NCBI GenBank assembly: GCA_964019335.1
Contig: OZ025695.1
Coordinates: 186,001 to 250,000 of the forward strand
DNA length: 64,000 nucleotides
Reading direction: 5' to 3'
DNA from: Diplonema japonicum
Lineage: Eukaryota > Protista > Euglenozoa: Diplonemea
Of this stretch, positions 23,184 through 33,476 are shown in pieces (the stretch's first letter is position 1; each line of letters opens with the position of its first letter). The translations under genes were made by a program, and so were the position numbers. The notes beneath the pieces are model-generated. The model saw nothing but the letters and a program-made list of their open reading frames with translations. It did no database searches and had not been told where the DNA came from.

Positions 23184-25802
23184 CTACCAGTCGAGGTCGT
23201 AGATGGAGGGCACCAGTTTTTGCCGCTGCGTACTAAAGTACGAGGACGAGTCGACGGTACCCGGCATGTGCTTCGGTAGCCCTGTGAAGGACTTGGGCTT
23301 CCGTGGAGTGCCAATAGGAAGCGGCTGGAGCTTGGTGGGCTTCTCGTTGTACCAATCGGGCTCTTGGATGGGGTCAGTGAAGGAAGCGCTTGCGAGAAGG
23401 GAAATATCCCTCTGAAGCGTGGGTGTGAGATAGTGAAGAAGCGGTGGAGGTGTCTTGGCGCTGCTGTTCACAGCGGGCGGTTCCTTGAGCTCTTCGAGCA
23501 GAGTTTGGATGGTGGAATCGACGAATGCTCGGTTGGTCTCAAGTAACCGCGCTTTAGATATAAGGTCATGCCCACAGGTCTCTTGCAACACTACCTTGTC
23601 AACCTGCTGTGCGCTGAGCTTCTCCTCCAACCCTGCGACCTTGTTGCGCAGGTGCATGACATCCTTCGCCTTCTCGTTGAACTGTTCTTGCAGTATTTTG
23701 AAGTGGATGTTATCATGGATAGACAGACATGCTTCTTTTAAATTCTTCACCTCCGTCTTGCACGCTGTCAGCTGCTTGCGTGCCTCCAAATGTGCGGCGT
23801 TCTCTTCAATGAACTGCGTCTCCCAATCCCCCGACCGGGACACCGCGCGCTCTGCCGTGTACAGGCTTTTCTCTTTGCTCGCTGTCATTTCTTGCAGTTT
23901 TTTTTTTAACGTATCTATTTCAATTCCATGCGCTGCCCTCAGTTCTTTCATCTCCTTGGCCCATTCGATCCTTCCCGCTGCTAGTTTCGACCTTTCCGAG
24001 TCCACTTGCCGCGCCCTCTCTTCGATGTCTTTCTCCAACAACTCCACTCGTGTCTTGAACCCTTCTTGCAGCACTTGGTTCTGCACTGACACGTCGATGT
24101 ATCTTTTATGTTTTTCTTGTGCTGTCTCTGTCGCACTGGTGAGGCTCCTCCGGAGGCCTACGGTCTCTGCCTTCAGTGCCTCGTTCTCGACAAGGCAATT
24201 CTTGAGCTCTTCTTCAAACTCCTGGATCTTCAGCGTTTTTTCGTGAATGCACACATCTGCTTCCCGTGTTACGTGTGCCACGGTCACCACTTGGTGTTTG
24301 TCCGCCTTCGAAAGAGACTCGGAAGCTGCGTCGCATTGTAGCTTGAGACGGTCTCTGTCGGCTTTGAGCGTCGCCAGTGCCTCGCGAAGGGAAGCTTCCG
24401 TGTACCGCGACTCAAGCTGTTGTTTAAAAGTGCTTTGTTTGAGGGCTTTGTTCTCGTGGGAGAGGGTGAGCTCGGTTTCTTTGGCCTGTTTTTCAGAGAA
24501 GACGCGCGCCTTGCGCTCTCGAAGGTGCGCCTCGTCTGCAGCGGCGGCGAGATCGGCGAGACGCTGTTTTTGCACAGCATAGTCTTGCTCCAAGTCGGAC
24601 AGGGACTTTGCCTTCATTTTGAGCTCTTTCGTGGTGGACTCCAGAAGGTTGAGAAGACAGAGGTTCTCGTCTTTAGATATCTGTAGCTCGCATGAGATGG
24701 CGGCTGAATTGGCGTTTAAAACGATACGTTCGTCGAGAGATGTGGAGGTGGCCTGCGCGAGCTTTTCATGAAGGGTGTGCAGGGCTTCCGCAGCGTCTTC
24801 AAGACGCAGGTGGCAAACCTCGTTCCTTTGAAGAAGGTCTTGGTTCTCACGTAGGATAGCTTCCGTGTCGCGCACACGGTGCATCTCCGTCTCGAAGATG
24901 CCGAGCGACGCGTCGTACTTGTCGTTCTTCCGCTTCATCCTTTGCATCTCTTCACGAAGGTACGCCAGCAACACAACGTTCTTTGCGTAGTCGTGAACCG
25001 CCATTTCTCGCAGTGCAGTGCCGTCGATGTCGGCTTCGATTACAAGATCGTTGATAATGCTCTGCAGGGTCGTGGCGCGGGTTTGAACGGCGGCTTCTGG
25101 TGGGATGAAGTTGGGTGTTTCTTCATCTGTGCTGGGGAATGGCTCGCGTACCCACATGACGCTGTCGACCATCCTCTCGACAGGGCTTGTCAGGAACGGC
25201 AACGTGTGCACAAAAACAGCCTCTTGTATGGGGCCGAACACCTTCGCCTCGTGAAGCATCATACACGCTATACAAGCAATCGCAGCACCCGTCTTCACCC
25301 CAGCGAAGCGGACAGGAAGGACCGGGCTCTTTGACGCCAAGGGTGCCAGGCAACGAGACAGCTCAACGCTGTGTTCGTAAATATTCGACAAACAGTGTAT
25401 TTCTCTCCCCTCGTACGTGAAGGAGCTGAGATCTTCTGTGTTGTTCAAACAGACGTCCGCCACATAGACAAAAGAGTACTCCATTGTCTTTTCGAGCAGA
25501 GCCCACGATGGCTTAGTTACGCCTGGTACCTTGCTTTCAAGTACTACTTTGAGCAGTGTTTCCACACCGCGTCCTTCTTTGATGACGCATTTTCCAATGC
25601 CGCTTGTTGCGTCTGCGTACTTCGCGGCCGTGTCGGGGTTTACCCACTCGCTCCCTTCGACGAAGTGCATTCCTGATATTCGGTGTACGTCATCTTTTGT
25701 TTTGCAGTCTTTCAAAAGTTCAGCATCGGCGTCGATTGTACCGAGCTTGTCGCAGGTGGGCAGCCTTGAGCACACAAGGGCTGTCACGAGGAGGTCCGTC
25801 AT
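23184..25802 (-). CDS. Long coiled-coil protein, hypothetical
   Basis: ORF from MTDLLVTAL after an A-rich leader; extensive E/K/L heptads. Confidence 0.75.
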   Translation of the reverse strand: MTDLLVTALVCSRLPTCDKLGTIDADAELLKDCKTKDDVHRISGMHFVEGSEWVNPDTAAKYADATSGIGKCVIKEGRGVETLLKVVLESKVPGVTKPSWALLEKTMEYSFVYVADVCLNNTEDLSSFTYEGREIHCLSNIYEHSVELSRCLAPLASKSPVLPVRFAGVKTGAAIACIACMMLHEAKVFGPIQEAVFVHTLPFLTSPVERMVDSVMWVREPFPSTDEETPNFIPPEAAVQTRATTLQSIINDLVIEADIDGTALREMAVHDYAKNVVLLAYLREEMQRMKRKNDKYDASLGIFETEMHRVRDTEAILRENQDLLQRNEVCHLRLEDAAEALHTLHEKLAQATSTSLDERIVLNANSAAISCELQISKDENLCLLNLLESTTKELKMKAKSLSDLEQDYAVQKQRLADLAAAADEAHLRERKARVFSEKQAKETELTLSHENKALKQSTFKQQLESRYTEASLREALATLKADRDRLKLQCDAASESLSKADKHQVVTVAHVTREADVCIHEKTLKIQEFEEELKNCLVENEALKAETVGLRRSLTSATETAQEKHKRYIDVSVQNQVLQEGFKTRVELLEKDIEERARQVDSERSKLAAGRIEWAKEMKELRAAHGIEIDTLKKKLQEMTASKEKSLYTAERAVSRSGDWETQFIEENAAHLEARKQLTACKTEVKNLKEACLSIHDNIHFKILQEQFNEKAKDVMHLRNKVAGLEEKLSAQQVDKVVLQETCGHDLISKARLLETNRAFVDSTIQTLLEELKEPPAVNSSAKTPPPLLHYLTPTLQRDISLLASASFTDPIQEPDWYNEKPTKLQPLPIGTPRKPKSFTGLPKHMPGTVDSSSYFSTQRQKLVPSIYDLDW

Positions 25803-25863
25803 ATTTCTTTTTTTTTTCTTTCTGTCATGATGCACGTACACACCAACTTTTTTTTGTTCTCGA

Positions 25864-25901
<38 letters not shown>

Positions 25902-25953
25902 AAAAAAAGAAAAAAAGAAAAAAAAATGGAAAAACTCAAACCCAACGTTCTTT

Positions 25954-27390
25954 CTAAAAATAGTCTTCGACAAGGTTTGCTGTAAGTTCTTTCGTATTCG
26001 GAGCTGAAAAGTTTAGTTCGTCGTACATGTACGGCCAGCGTTTGGTGTGCGGGCAGCACAGCTGGGCGTTCTGTAGGGTGAGCGTCGGCCCCGACGGGCA
26101 TCGCTCCGGCAGGTTCAAGGCCTTTTGAACGTGTTGGCTGTCGTTCCACCACACCGCGTGGAACCCTTGGCACTGCTGCGCGTACTTCTCGATGTCAACA
26201 CACTGCCAGGGTTTGTGGCACTCCCCAGTGAAGTGGTTCATGAGTACCCTGTCAGGAGACACATCCTTACACCCCTTCCTCATTGACATATTGTTCAACA
26301 AGCACCTGGGCAGCAACGCAGCTCGTTTCACACCGGCTCTGAACATGTAGTAGAAGGGAAGCAAGCCTTGCTGTTGGAAACCCCCGTAGTTGGAGCCCAC
26401 CCCCGACCCCCATCCGTGCCCGGGTCGCCAGGAGCCGGATTTGATTATCGAGAGTATTGCATGGTAGTCTGCTTCTGAATCTTCTGAAAGTTTTATGACT
26501 TGGAACCCCCCGTTGAGAGGCTCGCTGCCTATCCCATCGTAGGCGCCAAGCGTGAAACCAAGCGTCGCGGATTCTGGCAACCATTCGGTGAAAATGCTGG
26601 ACAAGCTTGTTCTGATGTTGATGTCTAGGTCCAATAGGATCACATGGGTGTATGGCGCACCAGGAAGACGGGAAGGGTACCTCCAGGCTTCCAGTTTAGC
26701 GAGTTCCCAGACACCGGCACCGCCGTAGATCGCCCTGCAGGTTTCGTCGCAGAAATTTGTTTTGTTCGCAGGGGGCACCTTGAAGAGCGCGTCGGCAAAT
26801 TCTGTTTTCCGGATTTCGTGATGTGCGACTGGGAGGGGCATCGGGTGTACTTTCCATCCGATTTTCTCGATTTTTTCCTTGTATGGGGTCCGAGCGGTCC
26901 TTTCGCCCATTATCAACACAGGGGTCCAGTTTTTGTGATACCTTTTCACGTTGAAGGACATCACGGCGAGGGCATCGAAGTACCCATGCTCGAGCTTAAC
27001 CTCCTTCTCAGCAGGTGGGTCGGAAATCATTGTCACGACCGCAACTGAGCGGGGTGGCGCTTCCATAGATGAACCCGTGGCAAAAAGATCCGGGTAGTGT
27101 TGCTTACCTTCGCCCCTGGACACCCATTGAACAAGTTTTTTAACACGGGAAATGTCATCTTCTGTCCACCCTTCTGTGTTAGGGCCTGTTGCGTTATTTC
27201 TTCTCTCTACTTTCTTAGAGGGGGTCGGTGTTGGTGCTGGTGTTGGTGCTGGTGTTGGTGCTGGTGTTGGTGTTTGTGTTGGTGCATTCGCCACCACTTC
27301 CCCATTCATCACAGAACTTGCCGCAGCTAGCAACCCCAAGAATGACGTTCCCGCTGCCAGTATGATCATCTTTACTCTCCACGAGTACAT
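25954..27390 (-). CDS. GT8-like (glycogenin-like) glycosyltransferase, type II membrane
   Basis: TM segment plus (PTPA)n stem; KLEAW, DxD in LLDLD, LNGGFQVI, QGLL, HFTGECHKPW. Confidence 0.82.
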   Translation of the reverse strand: MYSWRVKMIILAAGTSFLGLLAAASSVMNGEVVANAPTQTPTPAPTPAPTPAPTPTPSKKVERRNNATGPNTEGWTEDDISRVKKLVQWVSRGEGKQHYPDLFATGSSMEAPPRSVAVVTMISDPPAEKEVKLEHGYFDALAVMSFNVKRYHKNWTPVLIMGERTARTPYKEKIEKIGWKVHPMPLPVAHHEIRKTEFADALFKVPPANKTNFCDETCRAIYGGAGVWELAKLEAWRYPSRLPGAPYTHVILLDLDINIRTSLSSIFTEWLPESATLGFTLGAYDGIGSEPLNGGFQVIKLSEDSEADYHAILSIIKSGSWRPGHGWGSGVGSNYGGFQQQGLLPFYYMFRAGVKRAALLPRCLLNNMSMRKGCKDVSPDRVLMNHFTGECHKPWQCVDIEKYAQQCQGFHAVWWNDSQHVQKALNLPERCPSGPTLTLQNAQLCCPHTKRWPYMYDELNFSAPNTKELTANLVEDYF

Positions 27391-28509
27391 TCCTTCTTTT
27401 CTCCCTCCCCACCCGCTTTTCTTTTTTTCATTTTTTTTTAATTGTTTTCAGAAGGGGAAAAAAAAGATGTGCTGGGGAGGGGGGAGAGGTGTGAAAAAGA
27501 GAAAAAACTCAGGTAAGAGCATGGTGGGGAGGAGTAGACACAAAAAAAAAAAAAAAAAAAAAAAGAAAGAAAGAAAGAAAGAAAAATGGTAGATTTGAGT
27601 AGTGAGAGTAACAATAATAAGATGGGGAGCGGTAGTTTTTTTTTTTTTTTTGTTTTGTTTTTTTTTGTTTTTTTTGTTTCCCCCCCCCCCTCGTTTTTTT
27701 TCTTTTTCTTTTTTTTTTCTTGTTCGTTCCCCTCTCCCCCCGAATACAAGGAATTTCTCTTCCCCCCCCCCCCCTTCCTCCCCCTCGGCGTCTTTTCTTT
27801 CCCTTCATATTTCGTAGATTTTCATTTTGGCTGGACCCCCCCCCCCCCTTCCCTTTATTTCCATCTACTTCGTTGTCACTACACTCAGAACAGGCCTAAG
27901 GACCTTGTACTTTTACTTTGTTTCTCTTTTTCTTGCCCTGTTTTCCTCTGGAAACATTTTTTTTGATGAACAGAAAACACTTGTTATTGTAGTCATCAAA
28001 AGAAAAAAAGAAACCGGCAGCCTTATGTGTTGCAGATAATATCTTTTTTAGGAAAAAAAAAAAAGGTTTGCAAACCATTGCGCGCAAACAAAGAACAATT
28101 CGTCTATTCTTTTTTTTTGGTGGGGCAGCAGAGAGAAAAAAAGGGCTAAAGAAAGAGACGGAAAAAAAGAAAAAGGAGGTGTTCGTTTAAGATGGGCACG
28201 TGCACAACCAAAAAAAATGAGATAGAAAAAAAAGGGGAGAGGGAATGTTCATGCAATCTTAAGTGTATAGCTGTAAAAAAAAAGAACTTTTTACAGAGGG
28301 GGGGGGAAAGAAAGAATGAAAAAAAACCCCTATCTTTTTTTTTTTCTTTCACTCCCTTTTCCCCTCACTCCCTACTCGCGGAAATGGGGAGGGGAAAAAA
28401 AAAGGGAGGGGAGGGGAAAAAAAAGAGGAAAAAAAAAAGGCAAGCACATGTAAAAAGCTTTTTTTTTTTTTTTTTTTTTTTTTTTGCTTTTCTCCGGAGC
28501 AAAAACGAG

Positions 28510-28549
<40 letters not shown>

Positions 28550-28681
28550 TAAAACGGATCATACGAAGGAAGGATGGGCAGTGGTGGATGCGAAACACAC
28601 TTTTTTTTCTTTCTTCTTTTTTTTTTTTCTTTCTTTCTTTTTCTTCACACTTTTTTTTTTTTTTTCCTTCTTTTTTTTTTT

Positions 28682-29544
28682 TTAGTTCCTGCTTTCCAGC
28701 ACCCATTTCCAAATTTCTTCCGCCTGTGTCTCGGTGAAAAGGTACATTTCGGCGAATTCCTGCAAATCTTCTTGCTCCCAATCCTGGAGCTGTTCAACAG
28801 ACATTTCAGCTAGTTTTAATTTTTCGATAAAGATTTGCACCACATCCGACCCAGTGCTCGCCGCCGGTGGTAGCTGCTTACCTGCCAGCGTTTTGTTCTG
28901 ATGTTGAACTGGTAGGTTAAGGGTGTTGCTGGCATCCATCCGGGTAGGCTCATCAAACGTGGCTTGCCCTTCTGGCTCAAGAGAGTCACCAAGGGTCATC
29001 GAAACGCCTTGACCGCCCTAAGATTTTTTTTTTCTCTTTTTTTCATCTTCCAATACCTGGAAGAAGGCTGGTAGATCCCCTTTCCCCGCCCCAGGGAACC
29101 CCGCCTGCTGCCTCGGCTTCTCAAGCCTCACCCCTGTTGACGTTGCCGCCGGCATCGGCTCCGCCCTCTTCTTCGCGGGGCTCTTTGTTCCCACGTTCTG
29201 CATCCCTACATTCGCATCTGAAGTGGAAAAAGAGGGGGAAACATAAATTTGGGAGGGAGAAGGCACTCAACATACCCATCCATTTGAATTCACCTGGCTG
29301 GTCCTGAGCTGGTGTGGGCCAATTCGGTTGGGCCTATTTGGAGTGTTTTTTTTTTTTTTTTTTTTCCCTCCCATTTGTTGTCACCTTGTCCTTTTCCTTC
29401 TTCACATGAGCCTGTGCCTGTGCCTGAGCCTGGGCTTGTGCTTGGGCCTGAGCTTGTGCTTGGGCTTGAACTTGAGCCTGCTGCTGGAGTTGTGCTTGAG
29501 CCTGAGCTTGAGCTTGAGCCTGTGACTTTTTTTTTTCTCTTACC

Positions 29545-29583
<39 letters not shown>

Positions 29584-30997
29584 GCTTGCTGTTGGAGCTG
29601 TGCCTGGAGCTGTTGCTGCTGAACGACACCAGCAAGGCCACCGGGGTGCTGGGCCTGCTGGAGCTGGAGCTGAAGTGCTTGCTGTGTTAAGGATTTCTTT
29701 TTTTTTTTTTCTAAAGGAAACCTGTTGTTCCAAGGAGAGGCCGTAGAGGCCGGTGGTGTCCAGCCCAGACCCATCCATGGGGATGAAATTGTAGGGAAGC
29801 CCACCCGCATTAGGGAGCCCTAGCCCCAAGGGGTTCAGGTTGTTCTGGAGAGCTTGACTGCTCTTCAACTGAACCGCTCGCTTCTCAATGTGTTCCGCAG
29901 CCCCTGGCTGTCCCGCGATTTCTTGGAGTAGCCTTTTTTTTTTTTTTTTTTTTTTTTTTCCCATACTGAACCAACGCCTCCTTTGGTGCCCCTTGCACGG
30001 CATATAAGCTTTGCGCGCTCAGAGCCATCGGTTGCTTCTTTTGTGATGGCATGGCAACACCCTTTTGCATCTTCTTATCCTTGTCTTGTCCCTTGATTTT
30101 TTTTTTAACGTGAGAAAGAGAAAAAAAAAAAAGCGACATCGTCCGAGCGTGTGTGAGGGGGAAAGATTTTTTTTTTTTTAAATTCCACCTCCTCCTGGAG
30201 ATAAGGGAACCAAGAAAAAAAAAAAAAAACAAGAAAAAGGTTCTTTTTTTTTTCTTTTTTTTTTTTTTTCCTGCCTCTTTTTTTTTTTTTTTTTTTTTTT
30301 TTGGTCCCGTTGAATCGTATAAAATATGGTAGTCCTGTGTAAACAGATTTTAGAAAAAAAGGGGAACAAAAAAAAAAAAAAAAAAAAAAAGAAAAACGAT
30401 TTTTTTTTTTTTTTCTACCGCCCTTTTTCAGCCGGCATCCTTTCGTATCTCGTGTGCACTTGTGCTTTTTCTTTTTTTTTTTTTATTTATTTATTTATTT
30501 ATTTTGTTTTTTGTTTTGTGGGGGGGGACATGGGTACAACACATTGGGAAAAAGGGAATTTTTATTGGTTCTAATTTATATAAGTGTTACAGCGCCAATA
30601 CCTAACCAGGGAGTCTGCGAGGGTGTCCCCCTAGCTCCACCGAACACCAACAATGCTTGCAGCCGGACATCTTGGCGCACAACTTCGTCACGCCCCCCAA
30701 GCACCTAGGCATCTCGTAAACAGACTCTACATTTTCCTTCAGTCCTCCTCCCCTCACGCTAAAGTAAAAGTGCTAGATAGGCTAAATAAACAAATCCCTA
30801 AAATCTGGTAAACCTTAACATTAGTGAAGAATAGCCGTAATAATAATAATAAAAAAAAAAAATTTTTTTTTATTATTATTATTATTATATAGGACATAAG
30901 TATATGAAACGAAAAGGAGGGAAAAGAAAGACAAAGAAAAAAAATAAATAGAATGGAATAAAAAAAAAAACACGCCCGGACGAAATAGGGGGTGGGG

Positions 30998-31047
<50 letters not shown>

Positions 31048-31314
31048 ACACACCTGCTGTATGACCTCTTGTACGCTAGGCATGGCCTGGCCCGGGGTGT
31101 ATTGTTGAAGAGAGTTCACGATGGACGCGACTGTCTCCGGGGTCTGGCTTTTAAGCTGTTGCTGTAGTTGGAGCACTGGGCACTCTAATATGTGTGTCGG
31201 TCGGTGCTCACTTTGACAATTAACAGAGCAATACGCCGCCTTGTAGCAGGGGCACGGCATGTGGTGCCCATTCTGCTTTACAGTCCCGCAGTATGAACAC
31301 TGAGCTGGATTCAT
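28682..31314 (-). CDS. MYND zinc-finger, Gln/Ala-rich protein of about 460 aa; exons 31314-31054, 30091-29967, 29932-29722, 29681-29580, 29519-29385, 29333-29276, 29217-29057, 29017-28682
   Basis: MYND motif CSYC...CPCYKAAYCSVNCQSEHRPTHILEC. Six short GT-AG introns each restore the frame without stops. The phase-0 link between the MYND exon and exon 2 is inferred. Confidence 0.72.
29018..29056 (-). other. 39-nt A-rich intron
   Basis: GTATTGGAAGATG-A7-GAG-A10-TCTTAG; retention gives an in-frame stop. Confidence 0.8.
29218..29275 (-). other. 58-nt intron, conventional pyrimidine-rich
   Basis: GTATGTTG...CCACTTCAG; phase 1. Confidence 0.8.
29334..29384 (-). other. 51-nt poly(A) intron
   Basis: GTGACAACAAATGGGAGGG-A20-CACTCCAAATAG; phase 0. 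Confidence 0.72.
29385..29519 (-). repeat. Coding (Ala-Gln)n low-complexity repeat exon
   Basis: GCTCAA/GCACAG hexamer repeats encode AQAQAQ. Confidence 0.85.
29520..29579 (-). other. 60-nt intron with U30/A10 hairpin and atypical GTTTT donor
   Basis: G-T30-AAAGGGTAAGAG-A10-GTCACAG; joins QQQAQ-AQAQ. Confidence 0.75.
29682..29721 (-). other. 40-nt A-rich intron (alternative in-frame 25-nt form)
   Basis: GTTTCCTTTAG-A13-GAAATCCTTAACACAG; joins LEQQ-QALQ. Confidence 0.75.
29933..29966 (-). other. 34-nt poly(A) intron
   Basis: GTATGGG-A26-G; joins ALVQ-LLQEIA. Confidence 0.85.
30092..31053 (-). other. Probable 962-nt intron, possibly containing alternative or micro exons
   Basis: CAG|GTGTGT donor and ATCAAG| acceptor, both phase 0. 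Confidence 0.55.
30602..30758 (-). ncRNA. Candidate structured intronic RNA or stop-containing alternative exon
   Basis: Complex-sequence island within homopolymers; five nested complementary segments; flanked by TTTAG| and |GTATTGG. Confidence 0.3.
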
Positions 31315-31323
31315 TTTTTTCTT

Positions 31324-31360
<37 letters not shown>

Positions 31361-31523
31361 TCCCGAGAAGAGAATAATATCAATACGACCAACAAAGGAA
31401 GAAAAAAAAATAGGGAAAAAAAAAAAAAAAAAAAAAAAAGAGACATTTAAGGGTACCTGCGGTATGTGGCAGGACGCCTAAAAAAAAAAAAAGGTAGAGG
31501 GGAATGGGGAAATGGGAGGAAAC

Positions 31524-31564
<41 letters not shown>

Positions 31565-32360
31565 TTTTTTGTTTGAAAAACCATATTCACACAAACTGAT
31601 GATCGAGGGACTACACGAGAGGGGACACCAAGTATAAAAAGTCCCCCTGACAAAAATAAGTATACCCTCTTGCCTATGTTCTTTTTTTCAACAACTAGAG
31701 AAAACAACTGGAATCCGCTAAGTGCAATAAGAAGATTTTCTTTGGTAAGAAAATGTACACCCGTGCGCGAATTATTTATTTATTATGTACTATGAAGCTG
31801 TGGGGGGAGGGGGGGTAGGGGGATTTTTCTTTCCTCTTCCTTTCTTTTTTTTTTTCTTTCTCTCGTATCCCCTTATTACTTCTACCTCTTGTTTTTCCCC
31901 CTCTGGCTTTTTTTTTTTTTTTTCTTCCCCCTTTTTTTTTTCCCGTTCTTCTTTTCTTCTTCAACCCCTTCCCTTTTTCTTTCCCTTTCAGGAAACATAA
32001 GGAGGAGGGATGTGTAAAAAGAAATGAAGAGGAAAGAAAAAAAAAGAGGGGGGGAAAAAAAAAGAGGGAAACAAAGAGTAGGGAACACATCAAGGGCAAG
32101 TTTATGTATATAGGAAGTTTTTTGTTCCGCGGTGTGTGCATTTTCCCCCCCCTTTTTCGGTAAAATCCCGCTCGTGCGCACAAACAAATGAAGCGCCTTT
32201 TGTTAAATGTTTTTCTTAAAAACCTTTTTCTCTAGTTTTTTTTCTTTTTTTTTCTTTTTTTTTTTTTTGTCTCAAGAATGTAGTAGACATCGCAAGAAGA
32301 AGCGAGCAATTCTTCCGGTCCACGGTTTCCTCCCGTCCGGACAAGCTAGAAGAAAAAGAT

Positions 32361-32401
<41 letters not shown>

Positions 32402-32984
32402 CTGCACACTTGGAAGAAAAAAAAAAGAAAAAAAAAAAGAAAATACAGCAACTTCGTTTTGTCGTCAGGGATAACCCATGTTCTAGGTAAATTCAATAGT
32501 TTGGTGTTTTTTTTTTTTTTTTTCTTCTCGTTTTTTTTTTTTTCTTCACCAAAGAAGAAGTACAAAAAAAGAAAAGAAAATAAAAAAAATAAAGAAAGAA
32601 AGGTGGTGAGTGAGTAGGAGCAACTGAAAAAAAAAAGTTTTTTTTTTTTTTTTTGCTCCTTTCTATCAAAAGCTAAAATGAAGAATAACTTTTAACCGTG
32701 CTAAAGATGCAAATTAGATAATTTAACAAAAAAAAAACCCGCACCTACCGGCCAAAATGACCTTTACCTCAGGGGTAGCCCCTCCCCCCCCCCCCCCCCC
32801 CCTGGTGAATGAATAAAAAAGGGGGTTTCTTCTTTCTTTTGTTTCTTTTTCTTTTTTTGTTGATGATTTCGAATTTTTCACTATACGGCAAATTTGAAAC
32901 GATGAACCCCCCCCCCCCCCCCCATACCCTTTCTCACATTTTCTTTTCTTGACATCACCCACTATTTAAAGCTGGTAATTGTCA

Positions 32985-33017
<33 letters not shown>

Positions 33018-33476
33018 CGCAAAGGAGAGAAAGAAAAAAAAAAGACCAGGAGATTACATCTTTGTTTCTTTTTTTTTTTTAAAAAACGAAAGGGAACTCA
33101 CCAACAACTTGGCACGCCACAAAAAAAAAAAAAGGCCAAACACGCCCAAGAGGGCGTGCCAACAGGCAGCGTGCCGTGTCTGCACACCCTACGCTTCTAC
33201 GGCATGGATGGTTTTTCTTTATTTTATTCTTCTCCTTTTTTTTTTTTTTTTTCTCCTTTCTTTTCTCGTCTCTTTACAGGATTTATTTTTTCTTCCGTTT
33301 AAAGTGTTATATCACTCCAGGAGTACGGGAAAAACAGGGGTGGCACCTCCGCTCCCTTACTTCTCCTTTGTGTGGTGTGTGTGTGTGTGTTTTCTTTCTT
33401 TTTTTTTTCTTTTTTCCCTCTCTCTTTTTTTTTTTTTGTATTGTTTGCTTGTCCTCCCCCCCCCCCCCCCCCCCAA

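Noticed and set aside
9005-28203. CACGTG E-box-like palindromes in spacers (about 9006, 15642, 28197)
   Set aside because: Too few and inconsistently placed to distinguish from chance.
30660-30700. GTGACGAAG segment considered as a SECIS core
   Set aside because: No matching 3' GA quartet and no in-frame TGA selenoprotein candidate nearby.
31596-31650. TGATGA...CTGA resembling a C/D box snoRNA, with a ggggac/gtcccc hairpin
   Set aside because: It is on the plus strand against the transcription direction, spans only about 55 nt, and has no terminal stem or recognisable guide.
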